DNA of 64,000 nucleotides from Octopus sinensis (Eukaryota): assembly GCF_006345805.1 (NCBI RefSeq), contig NW_021832120.1:62001-126000 (forward strand), written 5' to 3'. The translations under genes and the position numbers were made by a program. Shown in pieces: positions 1 through 14,602 of the stretch (the first letter of the stretch is position 1; the number at the start of each line of letters is the position of its first letter). The notes below the pieces were generated by a model that worked only from the letters and a program-made list of their open reading frames with translations, did not search any database and was not told the origin of the DNA.

Positions 1-371
1 GGCAGTCTAAATCCAGGAGATTTGTAATGTCACAGAGATCTACATTTAAGACAGCATCGAACTACTAGCCATTCCCTTGTGAACAACACAGGTATATATA
101 GCAAACCTTCCAAAGGCCCGTAATATGCACATTATTTAAGAAACTATCCTTGTTTGTAAACAGAAAAGGACAGTCCAAGAAGATAACTCGATTTTGCTAT
201 AAACAGTTCTGGCGAGCCAATCCGAATCCTCCGGCTTGTGACGAGAAGACTCCTCAATACAGGAAATGGTTTTTTGTATCATCAATAAATAAATTTTTGT
301 CGAATAAGTCAAATTAATGACGAAAGGAATGAAAAGTGTTAGTAAATCCAAAAACTATCAACCAAAGTTAG

Positions 372-1679
<1,308 letters not shown>

Positions 1680-1779
1680 TTAAATAATTTAATTCTGAAA
1701 ACTTTATCGTTTTGATAGGCGTACCAAATAAAAAATATTCGACAAATGTTATAATTAAAATAATTTTATTATTTTGACC

Positions 1780-3150
1780 AAGAATTCTTTATTTTACCTG
1801 ATTTTGGAGGACTATCATGAAGAGTGCTTAGGACTGGAATATTTATTTAATAAACAAAGACTGTTAAATATATTTTGCTTTAAAAGAAAATTCCAAATGT
1901 TAAAAATACAAATTATTTTTTGCGATAAAAAAACTGATGAGAAACAAAAAATTGTATTATTTGACGATGAAAAGAAAATATTGAAGAATGTCGTTTTGGC
2001 CAATCTGTACAAACATCATCCCATTTCTAGAATTTTTGAGAGTAAAAATAGATTAAATTTATCAAAAATAAAAAATTATATTTACAAAATCGATTAAATA
2101 TTGTATGAAACTCATTTTCACGTTTGGAAATAAAATGTATATATTCAGTAAAAATGTTCATTAATGATTTTCGAGAGATAGTAGATTTCAGTTCCATAAA
2201 TTCCCCAAATGAAATGAAATTTGGACGACAGCAAACGCCGCTATAATTTGATTTACTAAAAGGCATTCTCCAATGATTCTTCTCAAAAAATTTCCTTAGA
2301 CGCTTGGAAAATTAAATTTTTATAAAATTAACTAATTGCGGAGCTTTTATGGTAAAATATACGTCCCATGGGAAAACATGTAGGAATTCGTTTGTTACCA
2401 AATTGAATCTCGAGAGAGTTTATTAATTCAATAGATTTTTCCTGGATATTTGAGATTAAATCATGAACTTTTACGCAAAAAATTAAGGAAAAATCTAAAA
2501 TATTAATATTATTTCCAAAAACGTTGTTTTTTTCAAAATCAACAGTTATAACTCCCTTTTTAATTCGAAACAAATTGCGTAAAATAAAATAGCATTGGAG
2601 CCCAATATTTGATAACATTGATGAATATACGTTTATTTTCCCAAAGAAAATATTCATGATTTTATTGAATAAAAATTCGTGAATTTAAAGGACTTTTTGT
2701 AATGGTTTACAACTATAATAACATTACCAAGATTATTTGTAGGTTCAACAACCAGTCTTTATAAAGAGCATAACGATGCACCATACAGTGAAAATGTTTC
2801 AAATCTGCATTGACAGATTTTACCCTACCTCGGAAACCAAAGTTACATCGAAGCATTGCTGGTCCTCCATCTGTAATACATTTACACAGATTTTGCCACA
2901 ATAGACCTATAATACATAGGACTCAAAAAAGTATTTCTGTTCCAAAAACAATTAGCTGCATTGAACTTGTCTCCATTCTATGTTTAAGGAGTAATAAAAA
3001 TTTGTTTTTAATAGTGTCTAATAATTGCACATAAACGAGTAATTGAGAGCAATTTACTAAATCTGGTGATTTGTTTTATTAAATATAATATCAATTAATT
3101 TGTCAACGTCGACTCTGCACAAACTTAGAACAGTTTAGAATATGTACTTC
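1780..3150 (-). mobile_element. Degraded hAT (Buster/ZBED5-like) transposase remnant
   Basis: Fragments DLVNCSQLLVYV (~3060) and LCKCITDGGPAMLRCNFGFRGRVKSVNADLKHFHCMVHRYAL (2713-2901) match hAT motifs CTDGAPAM and HC.IHR. Many stops and frameshifts; no TIRs found; boundaries approximate. Confidence 0.8.
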
Positions 3151-4107
3151 GTGGTGTTTCTGTTGTAAAAATTTGATTGTATCCTGCTGTAAACTTTACA
3201 GCATTAAAATTTAACAATATAGTATATTTAAATAGAAAAGCTTAAAACCGCTTTCTTTTGAACAAAATTTGTTTGAATAGTTTTCACTTTTGTTTAAAAG
3301 TAGAAACCGGGAGTACATAAATATAGATTTTCCTAATAATTAGACAAAAAATTACTCAAAAAGTCAGTTTCCTTAATGTCAAAAAAGATGTTAGGAATTT
3401 ACAGTATTTTCCCTAAAATGGAATAAAAATCTTAATTATTAGATTACGTTATTTATGAGACTTGAACTTTTAAAATAAATTTGTGAATATTATTTATATG
3501 CTATTTTTGACAAGTAACTACATTTTTTAGAGAAATGAAATACGTCAAAAAATCAGATATACAGAAGATGAACTTTCTCAAAGTAGATGAGTGTATTATC
3601 CAAATACGTGTCTATTAATACTGCAGCAAAAATATCATAATATATCAACTGTAGAGGAAACATAAATATTTGCAGTTAATCAAAAACTAGCCATAAATAT
3701 CGAAATTTAAAGATTTTTTTACTCAAATAAAAAGTTTAGAGAATATATAAAGGATATATTTACATCGTAGTTGTATTTTCTGATGATAAAAATATAGCAT
3801 AGTTGATATATTTAAAAATGTATTCTGACAAACTAAGCATATGTGTAATGACATATTAATGGCCAAATAATGAACAAAATAAAGAAATTTTTTAAGGAAA
3901 CCACGAGTGAAGGTTTGTAGAATCTCCATTTCAAATTTCATCACGATTGGACTGTTTAATAAAAAGAAATTTGCTATTTCCTAAGATTAATAATAACTAA
4001 AGCATTGAGTAAATCATTTAGCGAAATATTACTGGACATTCATTGGGTGCTTATACCACAAAGAGCCGACTGTACAATATACACTACTTTGTGTGATTTT
4101 TATTAAT

Positions 4108-4799
4108 ATGGTTTCTGATGTCAAGAACACTGATTCTACTCAAATTGTAAAAAAGGTTTCAAAGAAATCGCATCCCACATATATCAATATGATACTTGCC
4201 GCCATGAAATCTTTTCCAGATGACAAACCGGCCACCCGTGCCAGTGTTCTTATATATATCAAAAACAATTATAACGTTGGGGATAATGACAAGAGGACTA
4301 ATGTTGCTATAAAGCGCGTTATTAATTCCTCCATTGAGAGTGGACAGTTTTTCAGAATATCTGTACGCTCTATTTTTTGAGTTTGTAAGGGTGTCGGTGC
4401 CACTGGATCATTTTGCTTCCCCGATTCTCTTCTCGCTAAAAAAGCAGAGCGGAAGGCAAAGAGACTCCAATCTCTTAATAATAAAGCTGAAAGGTTGTCA
4501 AGCTGTTTAATATCTTTAGCGAAGGAAAAGCAACTAAAACAAAAAAAGCAACGGCTTCTAAAAAAGCTGCCAGTCCGAAAGTTAAGGCTGTCAAATCCAA
4601 GAAAGTAGTCGCTAAAACAGAGCCAGCTGTCGATAAATCGCCAGTTAAAGTCTCCATAGCAAAAAAAGACGTGCCTGCGAAGAAACCAGCCGTAAAGAAG
4701 ACTAGTGAAAACAAGGCTGTCTCTAAAAAGGCGACTGCTGTAAAAAAACCGGCCACAAAGAAAACTGTAAAGGAACGTAAATCTAAAGCCACTAGTTGA
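4108..4799 (+). CDS. H1: Histone H1 (linker histone) with two mini-introns
   Basis: Globular domain SHPTYINMILAAM...ESGQFFRISGVGATGSF followed by a K/A/P-rich tail. Introns 4363-4389 (27 nt) and 4494-4519 (26 nt) restore the frame to the TGA at 4797-4799. Confidence 0.92.
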
Positions 4800-5772
4800 C
4801 TTAACTGCTATTTAATTGTTTTTTTGTTGAAACTTAATTATTTCCTTTTAAGAAATGATATTTTATATTCAATTGGTCATAAAATTCTGTAATTAGTCTA
4901 CGTGTCTGTTTTTCATTATTTTCTCTTTTTAAGTACCTATTTAATCTGTTTTGGAATTTGTTTAAAATACGTGTAAATTATGACCACACTAGTTTTGTTT
5001 TAATTATGGCTAATTCGTAGTTGTCAGCATCGTCAATATCCGTCTCGTAATTGTTTTGTCCGATTAATTATCTTGAAGTTCTTTTGTGTTTTCTTAAAAT
5101 AAACCGCATTTATCTTCTTAACACAATGACTTGATTTCTTTCCGCTGAAATATTACTTTCTATCATACTCTCAACATTTTGATTTTGTAAAAGATTCATA
5201 TAAACTTATGTTGTTTCAAATGAAATTTTCCGATGTAATTCAAGAATGCATATTTATGAGAATTAATGTGTTGATTAGAATAAAAAATGTTTCTCGCGCA
5301 CAATTAGTATTGATTAGCTTTCAGAATCCCGATGTGCCAATGACAGCTGATTATTGATGATGTTACCAGGGCTATGTAATTAAATTATTGTAATTTTACA
5401 TCCGTATTCCTGATTATCTAATTTTTTACTTAATAATCTTGATTGGTTAAATCGGATTGTAGCTGCAATTGACATTTATTTCTAGAATTCTTTCTTTTTT
5501 AAAATGGGCGAATACTATTTTCTAACTTTAAACACGACATGTGTAATTAAAGTTCCAAGTGGGCCAATTATGGTAATAATTACTGGGGCTGTGAGATGAA
5601 CCAAACGCATTGTTAAGGTGCTTGACTAAACCCATGCAGGATACCACGAAAAGTGTCAGTTCATATGAGAAAGTGACCATACAAATCGAATTCTCTAATA
5701 AGTGTGTAAATACGTATTTTCTCAATTTTAACGCGCAATCAAATCAAATCAAAATTTATTCCAAAGACCACG

Positions 5773-6789
5773 TTAACCAAAGAAAGAAAAACTAACTAGG
5801 TGATCCCGACGAATTTGATCATTGCTCTCAGCTTCGCTCTGTGCTGCTTCTTGAGCCCACACAAGATCGTTTGAGGGCGATCGTTCCTTTATACCATTGA
5901 TGCCCTTTTGTATTCTTCTCAATGAGAGTTTCGAAAGAGATTGGTGGTTTGATAGCTCGAAAATAAAACGAAAGTAATTTGGGGCCAAAACATCTGGAAA
6001 AACCCAATAATCGAATATAGTGCGCACCTAAAATTTCCCGTCGACAAAAATCAGAAATCGTACAGCTTGTTGATTGTCGTGAATTACTTTCTCTTGACCA
6101 GGGTATGGGGATTTTAAAGACTTTAAAGGGACAATCAATTATATGCGTTGAACTTGAAAAAATATTGGCGCTGGCCATTTGTCTCCATCGCCATTCTACT
6201 TTTTTGCTTATTAATGCAGGATTGTGATGTTTGTGAGCCTTGACGATCTTTAATATGCCTATATTTTGAATTAAAAGTTGGAAATTGCACAATGTCAGAC
6301 CGTCAAAGTGAGTTTGACAATTCTTTTTTGAATCGAAAATTTGTAATTTACTTGTCGAATTAACTGGCCTTAAAAATAGATGGCGCTGTAGCGTTTACTG
6401 GCTTTACTAGTGATAAAATATACGCTATGAGGGGTAGGAGAGACGTGTGCTAGCATTTAAGCCAAGCATATAAATGTTGGTACAGCTCTTCGCTAGTGCA
6501 CATTTTTGTGGTAGTAACAATTATTCAAATGAAAACTTTGCGAGCCTATATGAAGAAGAGTTTCATGTGAATGAATTGGACACTAGTTAATCGGTCCTAA
6601 GCACGTTCAAGTCATTTAAAATGGCTATTGTAATCCGTATGCAAAAGTGTGTCATTTGTAGAGTTTGACTGCGGAAATACATTTGCTAAACAATAACGCA
6701 AATATCCAAAAATGAGCTCAGATGGAACATAAATCTACCATAACAGAAAACGGTAAAAAGCTCACTTTATTCGAATCTTCATTACGCAT
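5773..6789 (-). CDS. Probable multi-exon hypothetical protein (unrecognised)
   Basis: Plausible GT-AG mini-introns join exons reading ...SLKSPYPGQEKVIHDNQQAVRTIFDYWVFPDVLAPNYFRFIFEL..., ending at the stop at 5773. Candidate ATG at 6789. No family recognised and the 5' exon structure is unresolved. Confidence 0.4.
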
Positions 6790-6924
6790 CCACAGCAAAC
6801 TGTCTTAAATACACCTTGAGGCTAACACATCAATCGGACTAGTGAACTACCCACTAAACTTGACTGACTCATCACTACAAAAGACACCCGTCAACACATT
6901 AATCAAAGACAAAAAAAAGAGTTA

Positions 6925-7610
6925 TTAGAAAGAACCACCAGAAACCTGATTCCGATAATTATCCAACTGGACGTCCAATTCCTCCAGACTTGCCCTCTTC
7001 CTTCCACCAAATCTACCTCTCTTCCCCCCAAAACTCCTTCCACGTCCCCTCACATACCCCCCTCTACTCAAATGACTGCAAACCAGCCAACCTGGAGAAT
7101 CCTCCAAACCCGTTGACGGAACTGGGACCCACAAATTCATCCCGAGCACCCACACTGAGCTGCATGTTGAGTCCTTGGAGGGTCAGGAGGACTGGGAACC
7201 ATCCAGAGGGACATTGTCGTATTTCCTCACTGCATAGTCCACAGACGAGGGGTCTGAGAAAAAGACGTTGGCCTCCCCGAGAGACCGTCCTGCTCGGTCA
7301 AAGTGAATTTCCACTCGAATGACCTCGCCTATTTCAGAGAATAAAGTCTGAAGTGGGAGAAATTGAGTTTTTGAGATACGTTCAAATCATCTTCACTGAC
7401 TCCGTAGTGCAAGTTTTTCACCACCAACTGCCCGGGGATGGTTTTGTTTGAATTGATTGGGGGCATTCTCCATGAAGCAGAGTTAAAGGTTTGTCGGCCT
7501 CGATAGTTCCCTCTCCGAAGGCCACCGAATCGTCCTCTTTTAGACTGAATCACTGATTCTAAATCCATATCCATTGGATTTGCTGTTGTCCGACGCAGCC
7601 CACTAGACAT
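6925..7610 (-). CDS. ALYREF: ALY/REF mRNA export adaptor (THO complex subunit 4)
   Basis: N-terminal MDMDLESVI box, RGG tracts, an RRM (LVVKNLHYGVSEDDLN|TLFSEIG...HFDRAGRSLGEANVFF...YDNVPLDG) and a C-terminal SLEELDVQLDNY box. Confidence 0.9.
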
Positions 7611-7611
7611 T

Positions 7612-7619
7612 CCGGAAGT
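7612..7619 (+). promoter_or_regulatory. ETS-type motif CCGGAAGT just upstream of the ALYREF ATG
   Basis: Exact ETS/GABPA consensus 1 nt from the start codon. Function untested. Confidence 0.25.
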
Positions 7620-7747
7620 ACTATTTATTACACGCTTTAATAATAATTATGTTTAAATAAAACTTATTCATTTCCAAATATATTAATTTCAACTAAGCTT
7701 ATTCCACAAAAAAGACTAGAAAATAAAGTGAATAAATGATTAAAATA

Positions 7748-9062
7748 TTAAAGCCAGGAAGGACAGCAGGGACGCCAATCAGTGGGGGGAAATGAGTCGG
7801 AGAGGGAGTTATAAAGGACGACCACAATGGCGAATGCAATAAGAATAGTGGCAGCCACCTTCTTAAGCAAAGCCTCCCAGGGAAGTTGATTCAAGTCAAG
7901 GAGAAGAATACCCATCAACACCCCTACAATAACACCCACCCCTACCAGAAATGAACCCCCCCAAGTGCCCCACATGTCCCTGCCCCGAATTAGGATCAGT
8001 ATAAAAGCGAGTGACAGACACGGAAATGTCGGAGATGACTAGGCTGGTGAGGACTACTCAACTTAGCACTCCCAGGACGACCACCCTGAAGTACCCACTC
8101 ATCAACAGTCTCAGCAGTCCATATTTATTATACGCATTCATTTCCCGCCAATTCTACATTAGGCGGGAACACTACCATAATAACATTGGCCAAATGTGCC
8201 CCCAGGAGAGAATACCCCCCTCCACTGGCCCCCACCAGAGGGTGACCATCCAGAATGGAGTGAGCACACGACCCGGCCAGCACTCCCACAAAGTATATCA
8301 CAATAATCCTCCACTGGTGGACCATTTCGAGAGGAATCCCATACAGCAGTTGATAGACCACATTGAAGACCACATGAGAATACCTGCTGAGGACATATAT
8401 ATACCCCGAGTGGAGGAGCATGTAGGAAATAAACCTCCAGGCCTCATACCTACGATCGGGCACCCAAATGAGTGGAGTGGTGGGGGCAACTCCCCCCTTA
8501 TTGCCACTCACAGCAAAGGGAGTGTCCTGCAGGGTGACCGCGTAGTACACGAATATGGCAATCTGTGTCACCCACACAAATACCTCGATCAGACTAATCA
8601 GGAACATGAAGAGGGGAGGGGGAGAGCAGTGGTAGTACTCCAAGTAGTTCTCCGCCTGGCCCGGCAGTCCCACTGAACTCACAGCCAGATATGTCAGCTT
8701 GTCCACTGTGCTGAGTGTCCTGTAGTCCACATTGTCCTCACATTTGGTCAGCTGCCCAATCGGGGTATATAAGTACAATTTCTCTCAGTTCTTGGTAGCT
8801 TATTTTCTGGTCTTTGTTTTTGTCTGTGGCCAGCAGAATTTGTGCTTTCTGTCGTCGGCTGAGTTGGTTTTTGAGGTTGGGGGCTTTCAGGGTGTTTCGG
8901 ATTGTGCCGATGGGAATGGCCCCCGAGTTCTGCACAAAGAGGGTCTCCACTTTCTAGAATAGAGGGGGGGCTTACTCTGAGGTAGTCGACTGTGTCTTCT
9001 CTTATAAGGAACTTGTCCTTTTCTTCCTTTCGTACTTCTCTCAGAGGAATTGAATTTGACAT
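7748..9062 (-). CDS. Rhomboid intramembrane serine protease (RHBDL1/2/3 type, N-terminal EF-hand)
   Basis: EF-hand-like DKNKDQKISYQE, CSPPPLFM, WRFISYMLLHSG, catalytic GASGG and HVGHLGG, and hydrophobic TM segments. Start MSNSIPL at 9062. Confidence 0.93.
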
Positions 9063-9321
9063 TCGAAACAATCACTGTAAATAAAATTACTTCTATCAAT
9101 CAATTATTGATTGTTATTCAACATTTGCTATATTTATTTTATAATTTTTTAAATACAATAAAAACATAAATATAAGTGAAAATATTTATTTTGTAAAAAC
9201 TTATTGAAAAATGTTTGTAAATATTCCACGGATGTGGTCAGAACCACGATAACAAATTTGTTGTCAATTGATCTAGCCTCAAATTGCTAAGTAATACACA
9301 AACTGAGAGTAAAAATAGACT

Positions 9322-12300
9322 TTAAAAATGTGAATATATGTCACTTTTTGTATACTCGACAACTGCCGTCCTCACTCTGTCAATTGTGCAGCCGCCTATG
9401 CCCATACACTCCCAGTCCCCGTCAGTCAGCAAGGCCAGCTAAGACTAGTCTCACCAATATTGCCTGCTCGACTGTCGTGATGTCATTGGCTGTGAATGTG
9501 TCACAGTAGGTCTCCAAATTGACAGTCCACAAAAACTCCCAAAACTCCATTTCCTTGGGGAGAAAAGTATTTGTTGGAGTGTCGACAAATCTAAGAGTGC
9601 ATATTGTAGGACTAAACTGGTTATAAACTTGGTCAATGCCTTCGTACTGTATTCCATCCAGGAGTGACAAAAGTGTTCGGAAAGAAGGTCTGTCAGTCGG
9701 ATTGGGACTCCAACAGTGCCCAATCATTTTGTAGACAATTTTGGGACAGTTCTGGCGATAAATAAGAGGAAAACAACCACAGGAGGGGGAAGTCTGTATC
9801 CATGACTGACAAGTCTCATCACACATATATTAGACCAGTCAAAGTACGGACTGTCCCCCACTGACAGTACTTCCCAGGACAGCACTCCAAATGACCACAC
9901 ATCGGACATGGAACTGAAGCAGTAGTTCTCAAAACACTCAGGAGCTGTCCACTTGACAGGAATTTTGTCGTTTTTAATGACGAGATGGTCAGAGGAGTCC
10001 TTCAATCGCCGTGCCAGTCCAAAGTCCGAAATCCGGCACCGTCGATTTGCATCCACAAGAACATTTCGAGCTGCCAAGTCCTGAGAATTATTTTGACTGT
10101 CCAACTCTGTGGATCACTCCCTTCTGAGTGAGGTACTCCATTCCGTTGGCCACGTCCCACAAAACCCCAATCATGCCGAGAATTGACAGTCGTGGACAGT
10201 TCTCACAAATAATCAGCCAATCCCACCATTAAATACTTATCCAAGGACTCGTTTGGCATGAACAGGAGGACTATCGACGTGTTGGAAAGTGTGCCGACGA
10301 ATGCTGTTATGTTCGGGTGTGTTAGTTCACTCAGAATTGATGTCTCGTTCACAAAACAAGTGGTTGATTTGATTTTCTTTACTGCCACGTCGTAACATGC
10401 CCCCCCTCGGTATTTTCCACGGAATATTTTGCTTCGATCTCCTATTCAGATAAGGGAGGATGAGACACCGTCAATGAGACACTGTTCGATGGCAATGTCA
10501 CGTGGATTGATGTTGTACTGACTGAGGGACTCGACTTGTTTTGCTATTTCTAAATCCGAACAGTTCCAAGACTGACTGTCCAGGGTTTCTATGTTCTCAA
10601 ATATATATCTACTACTGTAAGCAGCAAAGAGAATGTCTGGGTAGTTGTACCACTGACTATCCGAGGGAATAGTGGATGCACGTGAATATAACATTCTAAG
10701 CATTAACTAGGAGAGAAAGATACTTGCCAGTCCACAAAAGAGCCCCCAGGACGACTACTCCCGACACAACACACCCGGCCACCAACCCAGTCCGAGCCCA
10801 CTTGAGTGCCCGACCCTCTGCAATGCCGTAGACCTGGGCTGAGTATTGACCCAATTAACCTTGATTGTGTACTGTCCGTCATTCCAGAGAGTCAGCTGTA
10901 GCAGGGATTTGGTGGCAAATTTATAGTCCCGCTGACCACAGGCATAGTTAATGGGACAGACGTAGACTTTGATTATTTTGTATATATTATGTAAATTTGA
11001 CAATTCGATGAACACGTCTCCCTGGGTCGCCAAAGTGACATGTTTTATAGCCAGCAAGACCCCTGGAATTAAACACATAATTCTTTACATTCTCCGACTC
11101 GTAGATTTATGCTTAGTTGATTGGCAGTGATCACTTGTTTGGATTTGCTTTTCATTACCGTCAACAGAAATAACTCGGACGTCGCATTTTCAGCAATATT
11201 TGAGAGTGCAACCCTACCCGTCATAAAAGAAAGGAACTTGAATATCTGGGGATATTGGCAGGACGTGTTTCGACCAAGGCAAACTTGTCTCTTTCCATCA
11301 TTGTTTATGCAATGCACTTTGTAGTCCTTCAGGTGCCACATGTCGCGTTCTTCGTTCTCCAGAATAATGACGATGCTGCCGAGTTTATTGTGAAGGACAG
11401 TCAAGTTGAACGAGGGACTTTCATGGGTAGTATCTATCCAATAGTAGTTTGCAGTTCTCACTTATGCAGTACATAGCTCCTTCATCTCCTAGTTTTTGCT
11501 TGAATCCTTCGTCGCAAAGACACTTCGAGCGATTAGTTGGGTGGGATTGAGAATTCGGAGGACACTTAGAACAACCAAAATTTCCCTTATTCATTTTGTA
11601 GTGAGCATTTCCACATACTAAAACCATGACTCTGCCGCAGACAAATATGACAGCAATAAATAAAATTGGCAAATAGTACTCACTTTTGCATGTCTTTGAC
11701 ACTTCGTCCATCTCAAAACCTCTGTCGCAGACACAGGATCCCACAATATTTTCGGGCTCTCCTTCTTTACTGCAGGAATATGAAGGATTCAAATCAGAGG
11801 GAACCGACCCAGAAATACAACGACCGGAGATCTTGAAAATAATATATTTGACACAAACGTGAGTATTGGCTGACATGGCTGAGGGATAGTAAGCAAGTGA
11901 CATTTTAAACTGATTGCACTGCTTGTAATATATTTTGATTTTATGTATGCCAACACATCCCACTTTGTTGACGACGACCAGTCGGACAGTAGGAGAAAAT
12001 GAGTTGAACTCGTGCGTGACAACCACAGTCTTTCCCACAATTCTGCCTCTGTGAATGTTGTTGTACTACCACAATGGTATCAATGATAACCCTGCTTGTT
12101 CTTTTACCGGTTTTGTCGACGATGAAAAATAGCAGTTTCTTTACACACTGTTCCCAATGTTTGAAACATATTTTTGACACGATTGCAGTATCCACGAATA
12201 TTTTATAGCTCGGAGACATGATGGGGGGACTAACAAGCCACGTATTTGTGTCGTCTTCACTCCCCAAATCACAACTGGACATGATTTGTTTCCCCCCGAG

Positions 12301-12502
12301 TTCCATCAAATACCACTATCGTACATTCGTCCTTGACATTAAACCTTAAAGTCATTTGAAGGCCTTAAACTTCTGAAGGAATTAAGCGAGTCCAGCAATG
12401 TCACTAAAAGACAATTAAAGAAATTAAATAGAATAGAACTACAGGCCTGTTTCCTGATCTAACCGCACATCTGGAATCGACTGTCGCATGAATAATGTAC
12501 AT
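9322..12502 (-). CDS. Eph: Eph receptor tyrosine kinase (ligand-binding, Cys-rich, FN3, TM, kinase, SAM)
   Basis: VTLLDS...TNTWLVSP ligand-binding domain; CVCDRGFE and CSKCPPNS Cys-rich region; VAVK, HRDLAARN, DFGLAR, IPVKWTAPE, SDVWSFG; SAM-like C-terminus. The 5' end is approximate. Confidence 0.9.
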
Positions 12503-14167
12503 TTGACAATGGGCGACTGTCGAACACAGATTTATTTAATAACAATTACTACCACCTATATTTACAACCGACCGAATGCATAGTCGCACGTGCGCAAGAC
12601 TAACCGTTACTATTTTTGGAAGGAGGAAATAATATCGACAAGAAAATAAAGAGCAGGGTTGGCATTGACAGTAAACGCGGCGTATTGCAATTTATATTTT
12701 GCGTGGTCAGCGTCTACCAATTGGTTTATTTAAGGGATTAATCACCAATTTGTATCAATCAGTCTGTTTGCATCCAATTCCTTACAAGACCAAAAAAATT
12801 TGATGCTTTTTTAATTTTTGATAAAATAATTTGACTGAGAGCAGACTTGTTGAAAAATGACTTTTTTAAAAATAATTATTGTCCATTAATTACAGACAGA
12901 TGGTGCCAAGGATAGTATTCGGAGTCATATATTTTTGAATCAATGAAAAAAGTATACGATTATCTTTCAATTATTCAAGAATATGTCAATATTCATTGCA
13001 CATTGATTAATGCTGAATGCAAATTACTTTTTAAGAATTCATATTCCACAATCGATCCCCCACCGCGCATAAGGTCACTCGTCGTTTCTTTTCTTTAAAT
13101 AATTAATGGAAAAATTTATTCAGACTTTGATCATATTTTCATGCCGTGTTTACAAGGACTGATGAATATTAAATCGATTATTAATTTTAATTTGCCCTTC
13201 AGTAGAATTAATTTGAAATTTGCATGCTTTATTCGTTCTCAGTTCATCAATACTATTCGAATAATGCACATTAATTATCCCATTCTAAGTTAACTGGTTA
13301 GATAATTCTGGCCTATCGTGATACAATTTTAAACCAAACCTTTTCAAGGTTGCCCTGAATAAATAATCTCTAAATATCTAAAACTCGAGATATATAATTT
13401 TTCGACATCATATAAACACTTTGAAAATCGCCATGATTCAGAGTTCTCGACTTTTTATAAAATCAAGAGGAAGCCTATAATCATGACTCCAATTTTTTTT
13501 CTAATTAAATTTTATTGGAAAAAACAGTTAGAAAAGGAGAAAGATTGTTTAAGACTACGCAGTTTAGGATTACGAAACAGTTGCCGCGGATTACGGCAGT
13601 AGAGAGGCGTTGAAGAAGCCAAAAGGACTCTCTCGGGTCGTCCTTCCTTTTGGCGATTCTTCTCCCCAAACAGCGTAGGAAACGGCCAAAGACCCCAGAT
13701 GTCTCAACGCCGATGACTCAAAATTGAACACAGAATTCAACCGATATTGTGGTTCAGTTCTTAATTTGGTCTGAAAATCTACGTGTGAAAAAGATTACCT
13801 CCTCATCATCTCTGGAAAATGATATTCGGCACAGATATCTTGCAAGTTATTGATGCCTGGATCAGTAAATAATCAAAAATAAGCCGTCATCACGCGGCAT
13901 AAAACAGAGAAATGAAAACCCAGAGTAGTAAACAGAGGAATCCTCTCAAATTCGATATGCCGAAATATTTATATGCATTTTAAACAAAACGACTAATCAA
14001 AAAGAACTGATGTAATTAGTAATGCACATTGTATATTTTTTTTCGTTGATAAGAATTGTTTCAATTAGTATTCTGATAACAAACCTTCATAGATGACATT
14101 GACTTATATATAACCCTCGTCACTCACACGTCCTTCTGTTTTTAAATGTGGGGACGACAAAATAAGA

Positions 14168-14602
14168 ATGCAATCTAGTCAATTCTATGATTCACTTTAC
14201 TACGTCCACTTTTTAATACCCTCTATCGGTTGTTGATAGCTAACATTCACAGATGACACGATCGTCCATTTCTATCAGTTCATGAACTTACAAGTGCAAC
14301 AGAAAGCGTTCTTTGCCTGGGTACGGCAATACATATTCGATTACATACTTTCATCATTTGAGATTTCACATTCGAGGTGGGCACTCCCCACAAGTGACCC
14401 CTCAACAGCCAAACATTTGCACTTTTCTAAAAAGTATAAAAGATGTCATATTTGCGGAAAAACTTTAACAGTGAAAGCTTACAGTAGACATTTAATGAGT
14501 CACGGGAATTATTTTCGCCACCACTGCGATAAATGCAGAAAGGGATTCTACAGGAAAGACAAATGGAGAGAACATTCAGTCCATTGCCGGGCCAAACTAT
14601 AA
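14168..14602 (+). CDS. Small C2H2 zinc-finger protein (two fingers)
   Basis: CHICGKTLTVKAYSRHLMSH and CDKCRKGFYRKDKWREHSVHC in ORF 14282-14602. Candidate first exon from ATG 14168 via a mini-intron. Confidence 0.65.

Noticed and set aside
1-351. Partial gene downstream of the aspartic protease
   Set aside because: The ORF starts at TTG. A GLWKVC (claudin-like) snippet in another frame could not be joined into a consistent model, so no feature was called.
8011-8676. Long antisense ORFs (also 18806-19333, 48542-49087, 49625-50239, 50759-51268)
   Set aside because: These are shadows of real genes on the opposite strand. Stop-poor frames are expected from the local base skew, and they show no recognisable domains.
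12900-13400. Merlin/IS1595-like transposase relic
   Set aside because: Only vague similarity; no DDE motifs or TIRs could be confirmed.
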